Shown here: one piece after another, positions 56,785 to 63,814 of the stretch
Layout of the letters: each line of letters begins with the position of its first letter
How positions within the stretch are numbered: position 1 is the stretch's first letter
Source of the DNA: Muribaculaceae bacterium
GTDB taxonomy: Bacteria; Spirochaetota; Spirochaetia; Sphaerochaetales; Sphaerochaetaceae
NCBI GenBank assembly: GCA_963623755.1
Contig: CAVFNE010000002.1
Location: 1 to 63,814 of the forward strand
DNA: 63,814 nucleotides
Reading direction: 5' to 3'
The notes under the pieces: generated by a model
Seen by the model: the letters and a program-made list of their open reading frames with translations, nothing else
Database searches by the model: none
Told to the model about the DNA's origin: nothing
Program-made: the position numbers and the translations under genes

Positions 56785-57332
56785 GGATATTAATGTTCTT
56801 CCATGCCATTCATTGATATGAACTTGTCTTTATGAATGCATATTTTGGAGGCAGTGTGGCTAAATAATGCTGGCACTGCGCTTTTATTAAATGGAGACTG
56901 AATAACAATTTGCCGTAGTGGTCTCCGGAAAAATAGATGGGGCTCGGAGTGAGCCCCGTTTCAATCGTCGTTTCCCTGGTCGTAGGAATCGTGGTGATTG
57001 CACTTTGTCGACTAAATCTATGGGTCTCTTTTGATAAAGAGAGAGAAGGTCGAACTTATGTGTATAACAGAGTATAACTGGTAGTGGCCGTGTTAAGGCC
57101 ACAATCTGAGGATGTGTTGGTTTTGTGTTAGAGTTCTTGTCTTCAATAGACCTTATGAAGAGAGGTTTTATCAGAGAGGGGAAGACACTGAAGAGTGGAA
57201 AATCACTGTTGATGAGCCAAAAAAATTGGAGAAGCTTTAAAGCTGAGAGACAGTACTGTCTGTTATTCAATTTTTGTCAATTGAACAGAAAACGGGCCTA
57301 GTTTTTGATGAAAGGAGCTATTTGTTGGCCCT

Positions 57333-57872
57333 TTACTCCTCTTTTTCTCTATCTTTGAGTTTTGTAGATACCTTAAGAAACTCAGGGTAGAGAGGTTTTG
57401 CAGATATCGAGGCGACGGCAATCTTTACGGCGTCTCCGAAGATGAATGGTACCAAGCCTACAGTAAAAGCTCTCTGCCATGTTGTCATAAGCTTAACCTT
57501 CAGCCATGGCAGACCGAGTGCATATATGATTACCTCCATGACAATGACAACAAAAAAGTTATATAGAATTGAATCGTGTTTCTTTCTTGAAAGAAGAGCA
57601 CCGACAAAGGCTGCAATCAAAAAACCGAAGATAAAGCCGCCTGTTGGAGAAAAAAGCGCTGCTGGGCCGCCACCGGATGTGAAAATCGGAAGCCCGATGA
57701 GCCCCAGGATAATGTAGAGCAGAACCGAAAGTGCTGCATTGAGAGGAGGAAGTAAAAGACCTGTCAGAAAGACAAAGAGGGTTTGAAGGGTCATTGCGAC
57801 GGGAATGAATGGAATCTTTATAAAGGCTCCTGCTGCAAGGAGTGCTGTAAAAAGGGAAGTTAAAAGAGTCAT
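57333..57872 (-). CDS. bioY: Biotin transporter S-component BioY
   Basis: Six-TM profile and a BioY-like ..PITLQTLFV.. equivalent (PVAMTLQTLFVFLTG). The likely start is MTLLTS at 57872. Confidence 0.87.
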   Translation of the reverse strand: MTLLTSLFTALLAAGAFIKIPFIPVAMTLQTLFVFLTGLLLPPLNAALSVLLYIILGLIGLPIFTSGGGPAALFSPTGGFIFGFLIAAFVGALLSRKKHDSILYNFFVVIVMEVIIYALGLPWLKVKLMTTWQRAFTVGLVPFIFGDAVKIAVASISAKPLYPEFLKVSTKLKDREKEE

Positions 57873-57901
57873 AGGGCGAGAATAAAGTGAGGCAGAAAGA
57901 A

Positions 57902-57931
57902 TGTCAACCACTTTACTAACTTTGGTTTACT
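57902..57931. promoter_or_regulatory. Putative BirA operator (bioO) overlapping the bioY -35 box
   Basis: TGTCAACC-N14-GGTTTACT is an imperfect inverted repeat between divergent bioY and birA. On the minus strand the left half contains TTGACA, which sits 17 nt from TATTCT. Confidence 0.55.
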
Positions 57932-57946
57932 AACTATTCTTCTCTT

Positions 57947-58960
57947 ATGACAACAAAATCATCAATACTAAACATGCTTGAGAATAACAGGGGTGAGTAT
58001 CTCAGCGGTGAAAAGATAAGCGGGGAGCTCAAGATAAGCCGTATGGCGGTATCTAAAGCAATACAGAGCCTGAGGGAGAACGGCTACGAGATAGAGAGCC
58101 GGAAACACTACGGCTATGCCCTCAAGGGAGGAAAAGAAGACATCCTCAATAAGGAGACGTTAGATATTGCCTTCCAGAACAGCGGTATCACAGTTTACTT
58201 TCTCGACACAACTGCATCAACAAACAAGGACGCTAAGCTCCTTTTGTCCAACGGGGGTAAAACGCCCTACCTTATGACGTGCTCGAAGCAGACAGGTGGC
58301 AGGGGAAGACTTGGGCGCACTTTTTCATCTCCATCCGGCGGCGTCTACTTTTCGCTTGTTCTTGACGGGAAGGATATAGCGTCCCCAGACCTAGTTACGG
58401 TATCTGCGGCGGTTGCAATAGCAGAGACTATGGAGAATCTTACCGGAATCGAGACATCAATAAAGTGGGTTAATGACATATACATAAGAGGAAAGAAAGT
58501 ATCAGGTATTCTTACAGAGGGTGTAATCAACATGGAGGAGGGACGACTGGATAAGGTTGTAATCGGATGTGGCATCAATCTCAAGACTCCGATATCGGAA
58601 TTCCCTGAAGAAGTAAGAGAAATTGCAACCTCTTTCTACCCTGACGGAAAGAGTGAAGTTACAAGAGCTGAAGTAATAGCAGAGACAGCAAAGAGGATTG
58701 TCTCTATACAGAAGGAGGACTTTCTTCCCATCTACAGGAAAAAGTGTTTTGTAATCGGACGCGATGTATATGTAGTGAAACAAGACGAGCGCATAGCGGC
58801 CTATGCATACGGTATAGATGATTATGGTCACCTTCTTGTGCGCTATAGAGACGGGAGAGAGGATGCTCTTTCGAGCGGGGAAATAAGTATAAGGCTTAAA
58901 GAGGGTACTTCACTACAGAGAGAGGAAAGAAGTATTATTAAAGCGAGGTCAAAATGTTAG
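57947..58960 (+). CDS. birA: Bifunctional biotin--[acetyl-CoA-carboxylase] ligase/repressor BirA
   Basis: N-terminal wHTH (..GEKISGELKISRMAVSKAIQSLRENGYEI), the GRGRLGR biotin-binding loop and KWVNDI. Confidence 0.9.
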   Translation: MTTKSSILNMLENNRGEYLSGEKISGELKISRMAVSKAIQSLRENGYEIESRKHYGYALKGGKEDILNKETLDIAFQNSGITVYFLDTTASTNKDAKLLLSNGGKTPYLMTCSKQTGGRGRLGRTFSSPSGGVYFSLVLDGKDIASPDLVTVSAAVAIAETMENLTGIETSIKWVNDIYIRGKKVSGILTEGVINMEEGRLDKVVIGCGINLKTPISEFPEEVREIATSFYPDGKSEVTRAEVIAETAKRIVSIQKEDFLPIYRKKCFVIGRDVYVVKQDERIAAYAYGIDDYGHLLVRYRDGREDALSSGEISIRLKEGTSLQREERSIIKARSKC

Positions 58961-60735
58961 CTGAACTTAAAGAAGAATGGAAAAAAAGAATTGAAGACGA
59001 ATTAAAGAGTTATCTTGAGAACGATAATATTCCACCACTTTCTATGGGCATTCCTCCCAAGAAGGAGATGGGAGACATCGCTTTCCCTTTGTTTGCCTAC
59101 TCAAAGGCGGCAGGAAAAGCTCCGGCTTTGATTGCAAAAGACATAGAAGAACGCATGGGCGATAATCATCCCGAGGGGAAGATAATCCTTTCCGGCCCAT
59201 ATCTGAATGTGCTCCTGGACCTTTCAAGTCTCTCTTCCTCTATTTTCAATACAGTCACAACTCTGGGTGAAAAATACGGCATGGGTGACTCTCTCAAGGG
59301 AAAGAAGATGATGGTTGAGTTTTCGTGCCCCAACACAAATAAGCCTTTACACCTGGGCCATATGCGTAATGACTCTCTTGGGGAGAGTGTCTCCGAACTT
59401 TTGAAGAGTCAGGGAGCTGACGTAAAGAAGGTAAACCTCATAAATAACCGTGGCGTTCATATCTGTAAGAGTATGCTTGCTTACCTTGTATTCGGTAATG
59501 GAGAAACTCCGGAGAGTACAGGCGAAAAGGGTGACCATTTTGTCGGGCGCTACTATGTCAGATTTGCTCAATGGGAGAAAGAAGTAGAAGAAAAGAAGGC
59601 ACAGAATCCCGATGCAGTAAATGAAAAAGGCTTTATCGACCCAGACACGGAAGCACAGAAGATGCTCAAAAAATGGGAGGACGGTGACGAAGAAGTAAGA
59701 AAGCTCTGGAAGACGATGAATGACTGGACGCTTGAGGGGCTTGAGGAAAGCTACCGCAATATGGGAATAAGCTTCGATAAGTACTACTACGAGTCCGAGA
59801 CATATAAGTATGGTAAGGATGAAGTCCTGAAGGGCGTCGAGAAGGGAGTATTCTGCTTTGAGGACGATGGCAGCGTTCAGGTAGACCTTGCTCCGATTGG
59901 ACTGGATAAGAAAGTGCTGTTACGTCGTGACGGCACAACGCTCTATATGACACAGGATATTGGAACGGCAATAAAGCGTCATGAGGACTGGCCGTTCGAC
60001 TCTCTGACATATGTTGTTGCATCGGAGCAGCAATATCACTTCAAAGTACTTTTCTACTGTCTATCCCTTCTCGGTTATGACTGGGCAAAGGAGCTCCATC
60101 ACCTTTCATATGGTATGGTTAACCTTCCGGATGGCAAGATGAAGAGCAGGGAGGGAACAGTCGTCGATGCCGATGATTTACTTGAAGAGCTGGCTGAACT
60201 GGCAAAAGAAGAAATTATAGCCAAAGAGCGTGAAGACAAGGTTGATGATGTAGCTGAGACAAGCCGTAAGATTGCCTTAGGCGCGCTCAACTACTACCTG
60301 TTGCAGGTTACCCCTACAAAGGATATGGTCTTTAACCCCAAGGAGTCGATATCTTTCAACGGCAATACAGGACCTTATCTGCAGTACACCGGAGCACGTA
60401 TATCATCAATACTCAGAAAGTACAATGAAAAGAAGAGTAATGTTAAATTCGACGGCTCGCTCTTAACAACCGAGGACGAGAAAACGCTCATTACTCTCAT
60501 TGCTTCTTTTCCATCAACTCTAAAGCGTGCTTCTGAGAACTATGACCCCTCGCTTGTTGCCGCATTCTTATATGAAGTGGCGAAGACTTTCAGCCACTAC
60601 TATCATGATAACCGTATTCTTAATGCAGAGACCCCAGCTCTCATATGTGCCCGTGTAACACTATGTGAAAATCTTCTTACTGTCATGAAAAACGGTTTTA
60701 AGGTGATAGGAGTGCCGTTTCTTGAGTCAATGTAA
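58954..60735 (+). CDS. argS: Arginine--tRNA ligase
   Basis: Class I HIGH-type motif (PNTNKPLHLGHMRN), a KMSK-like GKMKSREG, and a DALR anticodon-binding C-terminus. Confidence 0.95.
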   Translation: MLAELKEEWKKRIEDELKSYLENDNIPPLSMGIPPKKEMGDIAFPLFAYSKAAGKAPALIAKDIEERMGDNHPEGKIILSGPYLNVLLDLSSLSSSIFNTVTTLGEKYGMGDSLKGKKMMVEFSCPNTNKPLHLGHMRNDSLGESVSELLKSQGADVKKVNLINNRGVHICKSMLAYLVFGNGETPESTGEKGDHFVGRYYVRFAQWEKEVEEKKAQNPDAVNEKGFIDPDTEAQKMLKKWEDGDEEVRKLWKTMNDWTLEGLEESYRNMGISFDKYYYESETYKYGKDEVLKGVEKGVFCFEDDGSVQVDLAPIGLDKKVLLRRDGTTLYMTQDIGTAIKRHEDWPFDSLTYVVASEQQYHFKVLFYCLSLLGYDWAKELHHLSYGMVNLPDGKMKSREGTVVDADDLLEELAELAKEEIIAKEREDKVDDVAETSRKIALGALNYYLLQVTPTKDMVFNPKESISFNGNTGPYLQYTGARISSILRKYNEKKSNVKFDGSLLTTEDEKTLITLIASFPSTLKRASENYDPSLVAAFLYEVAKTFSHYYHDNRILNAETPALICARVTLCENLLTVMKNGFKVIGVPFLESM

Positions 60736-60746
60736 AGAGGACTCAG

Positions 60747-61923
60747 ATGACAGAGCAAAAAGCGGGAGGAAATGACTCGATAGGTGTTTTTACTGCCGTC
60801 GTCGTTCTTGCTGCATTCAGCATGAGGGCCCCGATGGGATGTGTCGGACCGTTGATGTCAGTGCTGTGGAGTGAACTTGCTCTGAGCGCAGCTATGGGAG
60901 GAATGCTTACAACACTCCTTCTTCTCCTCTTTGCTTTTGGTGCAGCTCTCTCCGAGGGTTATCGAGAAAGTTCGGCTTGGAGAGAATGATAGCCGTTTCC
61001 TTCTCTCTTGTTCTAATCGGCACGGTAATAAGGGCATTAGGGACTATCTTGACGCTTTTTCGGGAACAATTATCCTGGGCCTCGGTACCGGAATTTTAAA
61101 TGTACTTATACCATCGTCGATTAATGAATACTACCCATATAAGCGTGGCTTGGTGATGGGAGTATACTCAGCATCCCTGACAGTCGCAAGCGCATTAACT
61201 GCGGCTTTCATAGTGCCTTTCTTGTCATCTCTCGGGGGGTGGAAGAATGCTTTTCTGTTTCCCACAATCTTTCCACTATCGAGTGATTATCTGGCTTCTA
61301 TCTTTTAACGGGAAAGAGAAAGAACGGCAGGAGAAAGAAGAAAAAGAAACAGGCCAAAGAGTCTTTACGGTTAGAAATCTTCTCATCGCCCTCTACTGTG
61401 GCTTTCAGTCTCTTCTCTTCTTTGTAATACTCACATGGTTTCCGACTATAGTAATTTCAAAAGGACTTTTTATAGAGAATGCCGGTCTCCTTATAACAGT
61501 TATGCCTTCTCTTCTTTCCTGCCGTCTCTTTTTATTCCGGTTGTCACTACAGAGGACAACATAACAAAGCTTAGTTTTGTTATCCCTCTTGTGTTTATTC
61601 CTGGGATTCTACTTTCTTATTATGCATCAGGAAGTGTTGCTCTTGTGTTAGGAACCATAGTCTTCGGATTATCCTCCGGTGCAACTTTCAGCATGGCTCT
61701 GATGCTTGCCTCTGTCTATGGAAAGAGCGGAGAGGGATCGGCCTACATAATGGCATTCGGACAGTCTGTCGCTTATGTTCTTGCTTCTTTCGGTCCGATA
61801 GTCTTCGGCCGTCTTTACGATGTAAGTCAGTCGTGGAGGGGGGCGATAATATCTTTGGCAGTTATATCTCTATTTATGGCCGTTATCACACTTTTCATTT
61901 ATAGGAATGAGAGAGAGGTATAG
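60747..61923 (+). pseudogene. MFS transporter (CynX/NimT-like) pseudogene with multiple frameshifts
   Basis: Four overlapping ORF fragments lie in three frames. MFS-like sequence can be followed only by switching frame near 60948, 60968, 61065, 61268 and 61500. Confidence 0.8.
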
Positions 61924-61971
61924 TCTTTCCTTCTCCCTATTTTTCCCCTACCATATTTATGGAGTTTGTTT

Positions 61972-63126
61972 ATGAAGATTTTGATAACATCCGATTGGGA
62001 TGTTAATGCGATAAACGGTGTTGTTACATCGATTCTTAACCTCAAAGAAGAGCTTGAGAAAAAAGGTCATGATGTGAGGTTCCTCACACTTTCCCAGTCC
62101 GTCAAAAACAAAGAGGAGGGAGATACCTATAAGCTCGGCTCGATAAGTGCTTCCTGGATTTACAAAAATGCGCGTATCCGCATAAGGAGTGGAAGAAAAA
62201 TCCTAAGTGATATATACGCCTGGAAACCCGATATTGTCCACTCGCAATGTGAGTTCTCGTCCTTCTCTATCGCCCATATTGTCGCTGAGCACCTTAATAT
62301 TCCACTTGTACACACCTGTCACACAGTCTATGAGGACTATGTGGGTTATGTCCTGCCGTTTTTCAAGAGTTTAGGAATAGGTACGGTGAGGGAAATCTTT
62401 CGTTTTTGCTCGCGCCGCAGCTCTCTCTTCATCGCCCCCACAAAGAAGGTGGAGACAATACTTCTCTCCTATCCTGTACTCTGCCCGGTCTCGGTAATAC
62501 CTACAGGAATAAAGCTCAATTCTTACGATAAAAGAGTGACGGAGGATGAAAAGAATGCGCTGAGAGAGTCCCTCGGAGTGGGTGAGAAAAAGATTCTTTT
62601 GTATCTTGGTCGGCTTGCAAAGGAAAAGAACATATCTGAGCTTTTGGAATATGTCTCACGCCTTAAGAGGAACGATGTTGTTTTTGTCATTGTAGGTGAC
62701 GGGCCGTATAGAAAGGAGCTTGAGAGAGAAGCTGAGGAGAAGGGACTCTTAGAAAAAGATGTTGTCTTTCCTGGTATGGTGGACCCAGGGGAAGTTTATA
62801 AGTATTATCAGACGGCGGACCTATTTATAAATGCTTCTCAAAGCGAGACGCAGGGCCTCACTTATATCGAGGCACTATCGGCATCATTACCTCTACTTGT
62901 CAGGTATGATAAGTGCCTTGATGGCGTTGTAGATAACGGCTATAACGGCTGGACATATAATAGCGAAGAGGAGTTTGACTCTGCTCTTGCTGAGTACTTC
63001 TCCTCAGACTCATCATTCATGCGCCACAATGCACATGAGAGGGCTATGGAATTCTCGGCAAAGATTTTTGCTTCTAGAATAGAAACGCTTTATTTAAACG
63101 AAATCGAGAAGAAGAAAAATGAATAG
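61972..63126 (+). CDS. GT4-family (GT-B fold) glycosyltransferase
   Basis: MKILITSDW.. N-terminus, and the E..G......EA motif region (SQSETQGLTYIEALSASLPLL). A GGAG SD lies 7 nt before the ATG at 61972. Confidence 0.85.
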   Translation: MKILITSDWDVNAINGVVTSILNLKEELEKKGHDVRFLTLSQSVKNKEEGDTYKLGSISASWIYKNARIRIRSGRKILSDIYAWKPDIVHSQCEFSSFSIAHIVAEHLNIPLVHTCHTVYEDYVGYVLPFFKSLGIGTVREIFRFCSRRSSLFIAPTKKVETILLSYPVLCPVSVIPTGIKLNSYDKRVTEDEKNALRESLGVGEKKILLYLGRLAKEKNISELLEYVSRLKRNDVVFVIVGDGPYRKELEREAEEKGLLEKDVVFPGMVDPGEVYKYYQTADLFINASQSETQGLTYIEALSASLPLLVRYDKCLDGVVDNGYNGWTYNSEEEFDSALAEYFSSDSSFMRHNAHERAMEFSAKIFASRIETLYLNEIEKKKNE

Positions 63127-63814
63127 AAAAAAGAAGGTAATTGTACTTGCAACCGGTGGAACGATAGCGGGTAGAGGGAAAAAAGGGATGGCTACAGGCT
63201 ATGTTCCGGGAGAAATCACAATCGAAAGTATTGCTTCTCAGATAGATGGTCTTGAGGAACTGGCCGATCTTGAGGCAGTTCAGGTAACGAACGTCAACTC
63301 TGATGATATCACCTACACTGACTGGCTTGAGCTAGCGCGTAAGATAAATAATCTCAGCCAGAGGCCTGATGTCGACGGCTTTGTAATTACACACGGGACA
63401 GACACAATGGAGGAGACAGCATATTTTATGCATCTTGTATGCCATACAGATAAGCCCATTATTGTAACCGGCGCGATGAGACCGAGCACGGCAACAAGTG
63501 CAGACGGGCCGATGAATTTATATCAGGCGGTTTCTGTTGCGTCATCCGATAAGGCAAAAGGAAAAGGGGTTATGTGTGTCTTCTCCGACAGCATATACGG
63601 CGCGAGGGACTTTCAGAAATTGAGTACAACTAGTGTTACTGCATTCGGTGGCAGAGATTTCGGTATGATGGGATATATAATCGACGGTGAGATTCTATTC
63701 TACAACGAGTCCACGCGTCCCCATACGCTCTCGTCTCCATTCTTTGTCGACCATCTCAAAGTACTTCCCAAAGTCGAGATTGTCTTCTTCTATGTCGATG
63801 CCGACCCGGTAATC
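63119..63814 (+). CDS. L-asparaginase (partial, runs off the window end)
   Basis: Not in the ORF track because it has no stop in the window. MNRKKKVIVLATGGTIAG.. and the HGTDTMEETAYF motifs were read from the sequence. It overlaps the GT gene stop by 8 bp. Confidence 0.88.
   Translation, partial: MNRKKKVIVLATGGTIAGRGKKGMATGYVPGEITIESIASQIDGLEELADLEAVQVTNVNSDDITYTDWLELARKINNLSQRPDVDGFVITHGTDTMEETAYFMHLVCHTDKPIIVTGAMRPSTATSADGPMNLYQAVSVASSDKAKGKGVMCVFSDSIYGARDFQKLSTTSVTAFGGRDFGMMGYIIDGEILFYNESTRPHTLSSPFFVDHLKVLPKVEIVFFYVDADPVI

Noticed and set aside
56887-57270. 127-aa minus-strand ORF in the bioY-lipoprotein spacer
   Set aside because: It has no SD, odd composition and no recognisable motif, and it spans a hairpin- and palindrome-dense tract. 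It is more likely non-coding.
1-63814. rRNA, tRNA, tmRNA, RNase P, SRP RNA, IS elements, integrases, prophage genes
   Set aside because: I scanned the larger intergenic regions (1-410, 724-917, 17313-17586, 37900-38088, 39316-39649, 46625-47106, 55541-56100, 56785-57332) by eye for the conserved cores of these RNAs. I also scanned the ORF set for recombinase or transposase motifs. Nothing convincing was found, but a proper covariance-model search was not possible.

Overview
This 63.8-kb chromosomal window holds about 58 protein-coding genes. I recognised no rRNA, tRNA, CRISPR array, integrase or transposase. The gene content includes a PduL-type phosphotransacylase, a hexokinase, a BMP/PnrA-type ABC transporter, many small lipoproteins with FSC/TSC lipoboxes, and an ExoI-RF1-PrmC-Rel operon. 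This suggests a spirochaete-like anaerobe (Treponema/Sphaerochaeta type), but that is inference only. Most of the window is ordinary housekeeping: translation, stringent response, PRPP and amino-acid metabolism, biotin uptake, arginyl-tRNA synthetase and transporters.

The parts that look non-ordinary are:
1. An A/T-rich two-gene cassette at 47107-49657, divergent from a SWIM/SNF2 helicase. Its first protein carries a PD-(D/E)xK CdiA-CT-like motif plus a second nuclease-like module of the kind seen in phage/ICE polyvalent proteins. This is my best candidate for an undescribed conflict (toxin/defence) system.
2. A structured, terminator-containing leader upstream of a MATE efflux gene, which looks riboswitch-like.
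3. A recurrent -10 box-N6/7-ATG architecture that implies leaderless mRNAs.
4. A 1031-aa protein with a roughly 400-aa poly-acidic core, embedded in a metabolic operon.
5. A paralogous lipoprotein family with truncated relics.
6. An MFS transporter gene destroyed by at least 5 frameshifts.
7. Orphan hypA/hypB genes.
8. A HAD-RidA fusion.
9. A 33-bp tandem repeat upstream of a DUF4143 ATPase.

All functional calls come from reading motifs in the translations. No database search was run.
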